A model generated the notes under the pieces. The model was given only the letters and a program-made list of their open reading frames with translations. It had not been told where the DNA came from and searched no databases. The position numbers and the translations under genes were made by a program. A DNA stretch of 60,681 bases, taken from positions 1-60,681 of the forward strand of contig CAVIJE010000004.1 of NCBI GenBank assembly GCA_963643355.1, read 5' to 3'. Shown here piece by piece: positions 1 through 9,331 of this stretch; position 1 is the first letter of the stretch; every line of letters begins with the position of its first letter. The stretch is from Sodaliphilus sp. GTDB taxonomy: Bacteria; Bacillota_I; Bacilli_A; RFN20; CAG-826.

Positions 1-95
1 TCCTATTAGTATCTTCTATTCGGAATATTTTTGAAATCTAACCAAAAATAAGTGGGTTTTAATAGGGATTTTTGAATTTTTAACGAAATTAGACT

Positions 96-563
96 TTAAT
101 TATTGGTTGAATAGAAAGTCGTGATAACATTGCTCGTTTCAATTAGAATAGAACTCTGATTTAAGGCGATTATTGCTTCATCGCAAATTTTATGAACGTT
201 TTCGAGACTGATATCTTCTAATATGCAAGCGATAGTTCTTTCTTTTGTAATTGCATCATTATCATCTTTCCAATAGCCGTTTGCTTCAAAGATAGTGCAC
301 CCATCAGTGTATTTAGTGCATATTTCAGTTACTTTTTTAAGACATTCATTAAATTCCATTACTGGCTGATAAGTGTCTTTATCGTTCGTTCCGATATAAA
401 GAGTGTATTTGGTGTCATATTCATTGTTTTTTGCGCTTATTTCGTTAATTTGATTCGAAAGAGATATTTCTTTCCCAAGTGCTATGCCTGTTGCAACCAT
501 ATTAATTCCAAGCAATGACGCTAATACGATAGTTACAATTTTTCCCTTACTTAATTTTTCCAT
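96..563 (-). CDS. Small membrane-anchored or exported protein of unknown function
   Basis: 155-aa ORF with an N-terminal hydrophobic anchor (IVTIVLASLLGINMVATGIALG). An aaaggat RBS lies upstream of the ATG. The pattern YTLYIG...GCTIFEANGYW recalls DUF3574-type small exported proteins, from memory and unverified. Confidence 0.5.
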   Translation of the reverse strand: MEKLSKGKIVTIVLASLLGINMVATGIALGKEISLSNQINEISAKNNEYDTKYTLYIGTNDKDTYQPVMEFNECLKKVTEICTKYTDGCTIFEANGYWKDDNDAITKERTIACILEDISLENVHKICDEAIIALNQSSILIETSNVITTFYSTNN

Positions 564-584
564 ACTTTTTATCCTTTTTATATT

Positions 585-623
585 AAAAAGCCACCTAATT
601 AAGCTAGGAGCAAATTGGTGGCC
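585..623 (-). terminator. Rho-independent terminator after lemA
   Basis: Read on the minus strand: GGCCACC, a 21-nt loop, GGTGGC, then TTTTT. It lies directly downstream of the LemA stop. Confidence 0.5.
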
Positions 624-638
624 ATTTTTGTTTTGATA

Positions 639-1313
639 TTAGAAGAAAACCGATTCGGCTTTTTCTTTGATTTCTTTAGAAGCAATGAATGGAATACGGG
701 TTGTGTATCCTTCTTTGGCTGCAACATATTTCTTTGCCCATAAGGTAAAGATTTCAGTGTTCCATTTGGCAACTGCGTTATTATAAACCTCTCTTGCAGC
801 AGTAATTTCTTGTTGAAGATAGGTGTTTTGTTGCATAGCTGCTTGAATTTCTTGATGGGCTTTGAGATCTGGATATTTCTCTAAGGCAATGTTGATTGAA
901 TGTTCAATGTTTTCAAGTTTGCCTTGTAATTCATTACGAGCGATATCTCCATCGGCTCCAGTTTGTTGTCCGGAACGGGCTTTAGCAATATCAACAAAGG
1001 TATCTTTGTCTAAAGCGATTGCTTTATCAAGAAGTTTTGCGGTATTTTGAAGAATGCTAACGCGTTGAGCCATATAGTTATCAATGGTTGAAGCGTCATG
1101 TTGAATCTTTTGTTCAAGTTGTTTGAAATAGGTTCTTGCATGATTCTTCTTGAAGGTATAAACGATTCCTCCAATGATAAATATAAACCAAACGCCAATA
1201 TTAACCGCTTTATCGGTGCTGTTTAATTCGACAGGAACTTTCTTATCGATTACGTGAACGGATCTACCAGCGGTATTTTCTAAGCTAACATCTGTTTCGT
1301 CTAATTGTGCCAT
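639..1313 (-). CDS. lemA: LemA family membrane protein
   Basis: 224 aa with one N-proximal TM (VNIGVWFIFIIGGIVYTF). LemA hallmarks are present: EKYPDLKA and AAREVYNNAVAKWNTEI. An AAAGGAAA RBS precedes the start. Confidence 0.85.
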   Translation of the reverse strand: MAQLDETDVSLENTAGRSVHVIDKKVPVELNSTDKAVNIGVWFIFIIGGIVYTFKKNHARTYFKQLEQKIQHDASTIDNYMAQRVSILQNTAKLLDKAIALDKDTFVDIAKARSGQQTGADGDIARNELQGKLENIEHSINIALEKYPDLKAHQEIQAAMQQNTYLQQEITAAREVYNNAVAKWNTEIFTLWAKKYVAAKEGYTTRIPFIASKEIKEKAESVFF

Positions 1314-1359
1314 ATTTTATTTTCCTTTCTAATATGTTTGCATATATTATATGCATTTT

Positions 1360-3216
1360 CTACTTAACTTCATCACTTTTTTCTTCGAATGCTTCTTTAA
1401 TGATATCCTTTATGTCGCTTCTTGTCTCATCATCAAGCATCATTGAGAACATTCCGCGTCCGAAGAATGCCGCTTTTGAGGCGTCAACAAGGCCTGAAAG
1501 TTCCTTGTTTTCCTTAAGTTTGGCATTGAAATCCTTTCTTGAAGCGCCAGTATAAGCAAGGCAGAAAGAATTATCTCCATCGATTCTATCATATTGTGTC
1601 CAATGAACCGGGACATCATGCCATCTTCCATCTCCCCCTAACATTGAAATGTAATCTGTTTTAGGCGTGGTTTTGTAGGAATAGGTATGTACTTTGATTC
1701 GATCGACTTCTCCATCCTTTTTAGCGGAAATGGATTTGATCATAACAGGCAAGGAAGAATCGCATTCATCAGGCATAAAGAGGGATTGATCCATGGAATT
1801 AGCCATTGCTTCATGTTCGCAATATGAATAATTAGAGGCAATATCTTGTTCAAAGATATATTCCTGAGGCATATGCATCTGATAAAGAGGAATCGATAAT
1901 AACGGGGCTAAATCGAAGAATAAATGTTTGATGAATTCATCGCAATAAGAGACGAAAGAATTCTTCGAAATCGTGAAATCATATGAGGTGTATGTGCTTG
2001 GTCCAGCCGAATAATCGAATGATTGAGAATGTTTTGAGCAAATATAGTTAACCATTCCTTCTTTTACCATATAGAAATCATCGCCATATGGGTTAGGGTC
2101 AGAGAGCAAAGACATCATGTTAGTTTGGGCAAGTGGGGTGAAAAGCAAACGGAATTCAACTTCGTTATCTCTATCTAAAGCGCCAAAGAAAACGTCAAAT
2201 TCGTCATTTCCGGTTGGAGTGAATGTTTTGCCACTAGTGATGGCTTTATCGGCAAGCTTGTTAATTTCCTTCATCTTGCTCTTGACGGTTTTTTCTCTTT
2301 CTTTTTCATCAAGCGCGTTAATGGAAGATGGAGCACGAGAGAAATTTAAGTGAGGTGCTGCTTCGTTTCCGTAAACAAGAACCGTATTTCTTGAATAGAA
2401 AGGCGCCTTATGAACGCTTTTTGCGGTAAGAGTTTGGCTATGATGATGAGAAACGCGATTGCCTTTAGAATCGGTCGTATATGTCGTCCAGGTGATGGTT
2501 ATACTTCCAGTGTACGTTTTATCCTTATATTCTTCTTTTAATGTCTTTTTAAGAATAAATGGATTTCCTTGGATGTTTCCGGAAAGAATTCCAAGAATTG
2601 ATTCATTTTCTTTTCCTTCTCCGTCAAAACCGAATTTATTGACGAGATAATTAAGCCTATTCGCAGAAAAATATGGGTCTAAATCAATTATGTTAGTGAC
2701 TTTTTCCATAATTTTTCCAGGTAAAGACCAATCAAATGAGGCATTAAGACTTTCCATATCGGCATAGCATTCTTTGAGTTTAGCCTCAGTTTCCGCTTTT
2801 GCCTTATTTAGGGCATCTTCTCTTTGTTTAATTACTTTGTTAAGGTTCTTTGTGATATGGACAATCAAATAGATTCCAACTCCAGCAAGAGCGACTGCGA
2901 TAATGATTAACCACCACAAGGTTTTGATATTCAAAGCTCCTGCAACCCCAGCGATTAAAGCGCCAAGGAAGCAAAAAACTATCAAAATAATGAAGAAAGT
3001 TTTTAATCCTTTTGATGAGCCAAGTTTCTCTTCTGCTTCTTTTTGCTTGGATAATAAGTTCTTATATTCGCTAACGTGCTCAGCGTTTGCTTTTTCATCA
3101 GTTCCCGCTTCTTTTGCAAGTTTATTGAAATATTCTTCCGCACCTTGATGATATTGTGCTTTCAATTGCCTTTCGTAAAGGTCTTTTGGTTTATAGAGAA
3201 TTTCTTTTGATTCCAT
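1360..3216 (-). CDS. Large two-TM membrane protein of unknown function, partner of LemA
   Basis: 618-aa ORF. It has a charged coiled-coil N-terminus and two adjacent TM helices (FFIILIVFCFLGALIAGVAGAL and LWWLIIIAVALAGVGIYLIV), followed by a ~480-aa domain. I see no catalytic motif. It lies 46 bp upstream of lemA on the same strand. Confidence 0.7.
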   Translation of the reverse strand: MESKEILYKPKDLYERQLKAQYHQGAEEYFNKLAKEAGTDEKANAEHVSEYKNLLSKQKEAEEKLGSSKGLKTFFIILIVFCFLGALIAGVAGALNIKTLWWLIIIAVALAGVGIYLIVHITKNLNKVIKQREDALNKAKAETEAKLKECYADMESLNASFDWSLPGKIMEKVTNIIDLDPYFSANRLNYLVNKFGFDGEGKENESILGILSGNIQGNPFILKKTLKEEYKDKTYTGSITITWTTYTTDSKGNRVSHHHSQTLTAKSVHKAPFYSRNTVLVYGNEAAPHLNFSRAPSSINALDEKEREKTVKSKMKEINKLADKAITSGKTFTPTGNDEFDVFFGALDRDNEVEFRLLFTPLAQTNMMSLLSDPNPYGDDFYMVKEGMVNYICSKHSQSFDYSAGPSTYTSYDFTISKNSFVSYCDEFIKHLFFDLAPLLSIPLYQMHMPQEYIFEQDIASNYSYCEHEAMANSMDQSLFMPDECDSSLPVMIKSISAKKDGEVDRIKVHTYSYKTTPKTDYISMLGGDGRWHDVPVHWTQYDRIDGDNSFCLAYTGASRKDFNAKLKENKELSGLVDASKAAFFGRGMFSMMLDDETRSDIKDIIKEAFEEKSDEVK

Positions 3217-3249
3217 AATTATTTCCCTTAATTTCTCGTGTATTATAGC

Positions 3250-3285
3250 AAAAAGAAAACTGCTTGTTTATTCTTTTCAAGCAGT
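3250..3285 (-). terminator. Rho-independent terminator after the NUDIX gene
   Basis: Minus strand: ACTGCTTG, a 12-nt loop, CAAGCAGT, then TTTCTTTTT. It separates the helicase-NUDIX unit from the 618-aa/LemA unit. Confidence 0.7.
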
Positions 3286-3294
3286 CTTTGTTTC

Positions 3295-3687
3295 TTATTT
3301 AAGGAAAGGCAAGTCGGCTGAGGCGAAATTTAGTTTCCTTAAATCTTCTTTTTTCATCCAAACGTAATCTGTATGCTCGCTTAAATCAAGATTTCCTGAG
3401 ATTAATTTGCATCTATATCCATATAAAGTGATGGAGAATGGTTCATAAGGATAAATGTCTTTGTATTCGTAATTTGATTCTCCAATGTATTCTATCGGTT
3501 TGATGGTTGAATTAAGTTCTTCTTTGATTTCACGGATAATTGTTTCCTCGTGGCTTTCTCCTTCTTCAACTTTTCCTCCAGGAAATTCCCATTTATCCGC
3601 TAAAGGTTTGCCATTCCCTCTTTTGCAAGCAAAAATCTCGCCATTTTCATTTTCGATTAATGCACATACCACTTCGTAATGCTTCAT
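3295..3687 (-). CDS. MutT-type NUDIX (d)NTP pyrophosphohydrolase
   Basis: 130 aa with a complete Nudix box, GGKVEEGESHEETIIREIKEELN. A GGAGG RBS lies inside the last codons of the upstream gene, and the start is 2 nt after that gene's stop. Confidence 0.9.
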   Translation of the reverse strand: MKHYEVVCALIENENGEIFACKRGNGKPLADKWEFPGGKVEEGESHEETIIREIKEELNSTIKPIEYIGESNYEYKDIYPYEPFSITLYGYRCKLISGNLDLSEHTDYVWMKKEDLRKLNFASADLPFLK

Positions 3688-3689
3688 TT

Positions 3690-6449
3690 TTAAGCCTCCA
3701 TTAATTTTTTAGGATGGATATCGAAGTCGTCATAATAGGACTCCGAAACCTCGCTATCTAATATTACATCAAGGAGGAGAGTTGGTTTACCTTGATTTTG
3801 CGAAATTCTCAAATTGTCAAAATGTCCCGTTCCAAGATATGAGTATGGAAGGTTGATTCCGTGGTCATCTTCCATTTTTCTTACAAATAGGTGAACGACC
3901 TTCGTATTTTGAATCTTTTTTCCAATGCTATTTTCAAGGGTTACGTTGTTTTCGCTTTCCCATTGGAAAGTCCATTGATCAATAAACTTATCTTTATAGT
4001 TGAGTTTTTCTTGGGCTTCGGCATCTTTTTTGAGATTTACGAAAATATATGTTTCACCGCTCTTTTCCTCAAATTTGGTTCCTTTCATGTAATTGAGGGA
4101 ATTTTCTTGAAGAATCATCATGATTTGTTCTTTGTAATAATTCCCCATTAATTTGAATTTTCCTTCGTAATCGCCAAAGTCAATATCATAACGGGATATT
4201 CCATAATTAATGGTATCCAAAAGGAAGGTTCTAAATTCTTCGCTAAAAGTAGGCAAAGAGAGTTTCCCATTAACAATTATATTTTTCTTCATTAGCAAAA
4301 AATAAGCGTGATTTAGCGTGTCTTTTGTGATTTTTTTAGAATCTATTAACGTTTCTAGATTAAAAGAATCGTCCAACATTTGTTTGATGATAAGATATTC
4401 ATCTTTTCTTACTAAAGGGAGGTAATCCGAGACATTATTAAGGAATTCAACCTCATTTTCATTAAATAAGGGGATGCTATCTTCGCCGACATTTTTAAGG
4501 AACTGGTAATAAGAACGATTCTTTTTGCCATTGGTTTTAGCTTTGATGAATTTAATTAAATCAGGAGCTATTTCACTATCCAAATAATCTAAATGCGTGG
4601 GATATGTAGGGGTTTTTAAATATTTTTTGAAATTTTTGTAGTCTTGTTCAAGCAATTCTCGCTTATAGAAATTTGTATTATCTAAGTAGTTAATGATTTC
4701 CTGTTTAGAAAGATCGTCGAAGAAAATCGAAAGACCTGCTATTCCTAGAGTAGAAAAGTTGGTTTTAACCATTGTCTTTAATGTATATTGATCGATAAAA
4801 GGGGAATTTGTTAGAGTGCCTAAGGCAAAGGCTATTTGCGTTGAGCGGCGATAATTGTTTCCGATAAAATCAAGTACCACGCAATAGTCTTTATTCGGAG
4901 CCTTTCTTAATCCTCTTCCTAATTGTTGAAGGAAAATGGTTGGTGATTCGGTTGGTCTTAGAAATAGAACCATATTAATTAAAGGAATATCCACTCCTTC
5001 ATTTAGAATGTCAACGCAACAGATTATTTCTAATGGATTTGTTTCGTCTTGCAAATTCTTGAAGGCTCGTATTCTTTCGCCAGTATCGTTGTTACCGGAT
5101 AAGAATATAGCGTTATATCCAACTTCAGAGAGTTTTTCTTTCATGCTTTGAGCGTGTTGCAAAGACGTGCAAAAGGCAATGGCTTTTAATTTTTGACCGT
5201 GAATTCTATATTTTTCTATTTGTTTAGAAATAAAAGAAACATTTTCTTCTTTAGCGATTTCTGAAGCGATAATCGATTTATTTTCGGAAGAATAATCAGC
5301 AAATTCATCGCGGATGGCATAATAATGAAATGGAACTACTAAATTATTGTTTAAAGCGTCTTTTAGTCTCATTTCAAAAGAAACGTTATTGCCGAAAAGC
5401 GAAAAAACATCTTGATTGTCCATTCTTTCTGGGGTTGCAGTTAAGCCAAGAAGGAAAGAAGGTTTGAAATAATTGATGATTTTGCTACCAGTTTCAGCAA
5501 CGATATGATGAACTTCGTCATAAACGATATAATCAAATTCTTTTGGGTCAAATTCATCAAGATGCTTAGCTATCATAGCAGATGAAGCAAAGATGAAATC
5601 AGCGTTGAGATCTTGATTTTTACCATTATATAATCCGTAAGATCTTCTTGCTTTAAAGACGTTGCTAAAAGTTTTAATGGCTTCAGAAAGAATAACGTCA
5701 CGATGAACGACAAATAAAAGCCTTTTTGCATCAAAGTTTTTAGCGTCAAAGGCGGCTAAATAAGTTTTTCCTGATCCGGTTGCGGCAATAACTAAAGATC
5801 TTTCAACGCCTAAGCTTCTATTTCTTATAAGCTCTTTTAAAGCTCTTTTTTGCATGGCATTTGGTTTTATTGAGCCATCTTCCTCGAAATCATAATCCAT
5901 ATCCCACTTAACTAAAGCGTATTCTTGGCTTGTCCTATATTTTTCGATCAAAGATGAAGAAAGTTCCAATGTTTGTTCCCATAACTCATCGAATTCTTTC
6001 TTTGCTTGATTATATGTTTGAATGTTTTTGCTATCGCTTAGCATGATATTCCATTCGACATTTTTTAATAAGGCAAAACGGGTGATGTTGCTAGAGCCGA
6101 TAAAAACGCTAACTCCATCCTTTCTTTCAAAGAGGTATCCCTTCGAATGAAATCCTGATTCACCAAAGCATTCAAAATCTAGATGAACTTGGAAATTTGG
6201 GTATTTATTGGCGAAAGAAAGAAATTCTTTCAAGGAAGGAATATCGGTGAAATTTTGATATGTGGTGGTAATTAGTCTTCCTTCCACTCCTCTTTCAAGG
6301 GCATCGACAAATTCTTTTTCAATAAGTTTGAATCCGGCGATTTTGATAAAACTTACGGAAAAAAAGAATTTCTCACATTCGTTTAATTCGGTTTTTAATT
6401 GTTCGAGAAACTTTGATTGGCAATGGTTGCTTAAAAATAAATCTTTCAT
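3690..6449 (-). CDS. SauUSI-family Type IV (modification-dependent) restriction enzyme: PLD nuclease, SF2 helicase, DUF3427
   Basis: 919 aa. The N-terminal PLD motif is HSKGYLFERKDGVSVFIGSSNIT (HxK..D..GSxN). Helicase motifs are AATGSGKT, DEVHH, GLTATPER and QQLGRGLR. A ~300-aa C-terminal domain sits in the position of DUF3427. Size and domain order match S. aureus SauUSI. Confidence 0.8.
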   Translation of the reverse strand: MKDLFLSNHCQSKFLEQLKTELNECEKFFFSVSFIKIAGFKLIEKEFVDALERGVEGRLITTTYQNFTDIPSLKEFLSFANKYPNFQVHLDFECFGESGFHSKGYLFERKDGVSVFIGSSNITRFALLKNVEWNIMLSDSKNIQTYNQAKKEFDELWEQTLELSSSLIEKYRTSQEYALVKWDMDYDFEEDGSIKPNAMQKRALKELIRNRSLGVERSLVIAATGSGKTYLAAFDAKNFDAKRLLFVVHRDVILSEAIKTFSNVFKARRSYGLYNGKNQDLNADFIFASSAMIAKHLDEFDPKEFDYIVYDEVHHIVAETGSKIINYFKPSFLLGLTATPERMDNQDVFSLFGNNVSFEMRLKDALNNNLVVPFHYYAIRDEFADYSSENKSIIASEIAKEENVSFISKQIEKYRIHGQKLKAIAFCTSLQHAQSMKEKLSEVGYNAIFLSGNNDTGERIRAFKNLQDETNPLEIICCVDILNEGVDIPLINMVLFLRPTESPTIFLQQLGRGLRKAPNKDYCVVLDFIGNNYRRSTQIAFALGTLTNSPFIDQYTLKTMVKTNFSTLGIAGLSIFFDDLSKQEIINYLDNTNFYKRELLEQDYKNFKKYLKTPTYPTHLDYLDSEIAPDLIKFIKAKTNGKKNRSYYQFLKNVGEDSIPLFNENEVEFLNNVSDYLPLVRKDEYLIIKQMLDDSFNLETLIDSKKITKDTLNHAYFLLMKKNIIVNGKLSLPTFSEEFRTFLLDTINYGISRYDIDFGDYEGKFKLMGNYYKEQIMMILQENSLNYMKGTKFEEKSGETYIFVNLKKDAEAQEKLNYKDKFIDQWTFQWESENNVTLENSIGKKIQNTKVVHLFVRKMEDDHGINLPYSYLGTGHFDNLRISQNQGKPTLLLDVILDSEVSESYYDDFDIHPKKLMEA

Positions 6450-6539
6450 GGATCTAGCTTAGCAGAAATAACAATCTATGTGTATTAAAAGTCACATCCT
6501 AATTAATGTTATTTTATTGTTTTTATCATTTGTTTAAAG

Positions 6540-6860
6540 TTGCAAACAATTATAATCCTATTTTTTAACAAAGAGGAGAAATTAGGAACTCTCAGTTCCG
6601 AACAACTAGAAAAATACAATTATGATGAAGTGAACGAAAGCTATATCATAAAAGTCGAAGAAATCGCCAATATCGATAATTGTTATAATTTAAAACTATC
6701 ATCGGGCATACATACATTCGAAGAAATGTTTGAGGAATCTCTAAGAATCGTCGACGAAGAGGAAAGCGATTCATTTTATAGTTCAAATGTCGTTTATGGT
6801 CTTTTGAAGGCGATGCGTCATGCAAGAAAAGGCGATATTATCCTATTTCACATTGATTAG
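6540..6860 (+). CDS. Hypothetical small acidic protein (doubtful ORF)
   Basis: 106-aa ORF with only a TTG start and no convincing RBS at that start. The product is acidic (DEEESD). It converges on the shared terminator at 6878-6903. Confidence 0.3.
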   Translation: MQTIIILFFNKEEKLGTLSSEQLEKYNYDEVNESYIIKVEEIANIDNCYNLKLSSGIHTFEEMFEESLRIVDEEESDSFYSSNVVYGLLKAMRHARKGDIILFHID

Positions 6861-6877
6861 TTTATTTCTTGTCGATT

Positions 6878-6903
6878 AAAAAATGCCGTCAGTGACGGCA
6901 TTT
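6878..6903. terminator. Bidirectional hairpin terminator
   Basis: ATGCCGTC-agt-GACGGCAT flanked by an A-run and a T-run. The T-run is stronger for the minus-strand lipoprotein gene. Confidence 0.7.
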
Positions 6904-6916
6904 CCGGTTTATTTCT

Positions 6917-9172
6917 TTATTTTTGTGGGGCAATATCAATTGTGAAGAAATAATTGTCAGCATTATTATTAGTGAAAGCCCAATATTCATCATTATTCCA
7001 ATACCAATGGCTTTCGGCATAACGAGCCCAGCTTGCAATCTTTTGCGTTCCAAGGTTCATGCCGCTAGCAGCATCGACAAACGTTCCTTCAAACGTTTTT
7101 CCATACCAGCTTGAAGCGCTGTTTTTGCCACGGAAATTATAGTTCTTACCAACTTCGAAATAATCTCCGCCTGGATTACCTTTTGCAACACAATTTAAAA
7201 CCATTCCCGTATCAGAGTTGTTAAGCTCCCTTTCCGTTCTATCATTGGTTAAGATTCGATAGGAAGATGAGCTGGCCTTCTTTAAGGAAACTAAAGTTTC
7301 AGCCGCTTGAATGGAAGATGAGGAAATAACATTGGAATTTGAAAGATAATGGATGTAGTCGTATTTGCTATCAACTGCTCCAGATGAACGTAATAAATTC
7401 CATCTAGTAACAATACGAGAGTGTTGCATCGCGCTTATGCTTGCGTGTTTGGACATATCATCTTTCGTTCTAGACACATTAACGCCATTCATCTCGATTT
7501 TATCGACGTTGAATGCGACGTCTAATTTGCATTTATTTCCTGGGTTTGAATAGGAAGCCGCATATTCGCTTTGATAGAAACCGCCACTTAAAATCGCTGA
7601 AGTCGTAAAGGAATATGTATCAGCGGTATCAGTGATGCTCTTATAAAATTTTTGAATGGCTTCACGAGCACTCTTATAGTTTTTCTCGAGCTCAGATGTG
7701 CTATATCCAGCAAAAAGGCGAGCTTCTGCAGCACGAGCCGTGTTCATATCTAAAATTTGCAATAAGTTGGCGGATAAAGTACGGACTGTCGCTTTTATTT
7801 CTCCGCAGAAATTATACATGCATTGGAGACGGGAAAGATAAGTATTGAGAATGGATATTTTTCCTGATGCACCAGTGATTCTTTCAGCTAATTCAATAAC
7901 GTAATTGCCATAGTTTTGAGCTTTTTCTTTGTTGCTAGAAAAATATTTTTTCATGAATTGCTCATAAATCATGGCCGTAACGAAACTACGAAGATTCTCT
8001 TTGCTTGCACCTTCTGGAAGATCGCTCTTTTTAGCAAGAGCGGCATCAATGTCTTTATCAAGCTCAGCCATGAAGCCATTTTCTACGATGTTGTTGTGTT
8101 TGCTTAAATGTGCTTTAGCATTCGAAAAATCTCCGATGTTCAAAGAGAAATTATAGCTTGGCGCATCCCCTAGATCCGCTAAAGGTGTAGATGTAATTTC
8201 ACCTTTGGCATTCTTGCTTAAAACGAGATTCACAGTTTGGGAGGAATTGACGAAATCGCGATAATAGGTTCCTGCGTGATCAGCAAGGTCACGGTTGAAA
8301 ACATTAATTGGGGAAATGCAATTAGTCGCAAAATCATTGATAGCAAGATTTAAGGTATTGAGATTGGTTTGATCGACAAGCGCTTCAGTGCGAACTATTT
8401 CATCGGCCAATTGCTGAGTGTTTTTCTCGAGCTTTGCGCCTAATTCATCGATTTTCCTATCCATTTCCTTTAATTGGTTCATGACGTCTTGAATAGTTGG
8501 GCTTGAGCTTGTGAAATTCTCCGCTAAAGTGCTAAATATGCCGAAGATTCCAGATACTATCGCTGTTGGATTTTCTGTTCCTACCCCAACGACGATCATG
8601 GCAATATTGCTAAACATTTGCATGATGAACTTGCCACCATCTTCCCAAGAAAGCTGGCTTGAAACGTATTTTTCTTCAAATTCAGCTTGTGGATCTTTGC
8701 TAATGGTATTATTGTCTTGGCGTTTTGTTACCATCACATATTCGTTTGCTGAGGTGACAGAAGAATGCACCAACATTCCGTAATTGCTTGAATCAGCCGA
8801 AGAAAAAGTAACATTAAAGCCATCTTTATCAGCAAGAGTTTCAATGCTATTAACAGGAATAGAGGCCGCTTTTAATGTAGCGTAATCCGCATAGCCTTTT
8901 CCATTCTCTTCTATGAGTTTAACGGCTTTATCGACATCATAAACGATGACATCGTCCTTATCTAATTCATCGGTAAAGATAGTAACGTCAGTATCGGCGT
9001 TAAAGCTGTAAATGTTGTCGCCTTTATTTTCTAGATTCGCTTGAATCGTTATGAAATCAGACATATCTTCTTTTGTATAAGACCATTTGTTAGTTTCTTC
9101 TTTTGAACAAGAAGCTAAAAGAGTAAACGTGAGAGAAGTAATAAGTAATAGACTTGTTTTCTTTCTTTTCAT
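6917..9172 (-). CDS. Large surface lipoprotein with a helical domain and hydrophobic hairpin
   Basis: I trimmed the ORF to MKRKKTSLLLITSLTFTLLASC (lipobox LASC), which has an AGGA RBS. The 751-aa product has a ~180-aa N-domain and a ~360-aa helical region containing FSNIAMIVVGVGTENPTAIVSGIFGIFSTLA followed by coiled coil. The C-terminal ~200 aa are Trp/Tyr-rich and beta-like. Confidence 0.8.
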   Translation of the reverse strand: MKRKKTSLLLITSLTFTLLASCSKEETNKWSYTKEDMSDFITIQANLENKGDNIYSFNADTDVTIFTDELDKDDVIVYDVDKAVKLIEENGKGYADYATLKAASIPVNSIETLADKDGFNVTFSSADSSNYGMLVHSSVTSANEYVMVTKRQDNNTISKDPQAEFEEKYVSSQLSWEDGGKFIMQMFSNIAMIVVGVGTENPTAIVSGIFGIFSTLAENFTSSSPTIQDVMNQLKEMDRKIDELGAKLEKNTQQLADEIVRTEALVDQTNLNTLNLAINDFATNCISPINVFNRDLADHAGTYYRDFVNSSQTVNLVLSKNAKGEITSTPLADLGDAPSYNFSLNIGDFSNAKAHLSKHNNIVENGFMAELDKDIDAALAKKSDLPEGASKENLRSFVTAMIYEQFMKKYFSSNKEKAQNYGNYVIELAERITGASGKISILNTYLSRLQCMYNFCGEIKATVRTLSANLLQILDMNTARAAEARLFAGYSTSELEKNYKSAREAIQKFYKSITDTADTYSFTTSAILSGGFYQSEYAASYSNPGNKCKLDVAFNVDKIEMNGVNVSRTKDDMSKHASISAMQHSRIVTRWNLLRSSGAVDSKYDYIHYLSNSNVISSSSIQAAETLVSLKKASSSSYRILTNDRTERELNNSDTGMVLNCVAKGNPGGDYFEVGKNYNFRGKNSASSWYGKTFEGTFVDAASGMNLGTQKIASWARYAESHWYWNNDEYWAFTNNNADNYFFTIDIAPQK

Positions 9173-9331
9173 AGTTTTTATTCCTTTATTTAAGTTTGCG
9201 ATATTATACACAATTGAAGGCAAAAACAATTAATAAATTCTAAATATTTTAAAAAAATTCCTTGTAATAACACGCAGTATGAAATGAAGAGAGATCAATT
9301 CAAACCATAATATGCTTTTATTTTTGTTTAT

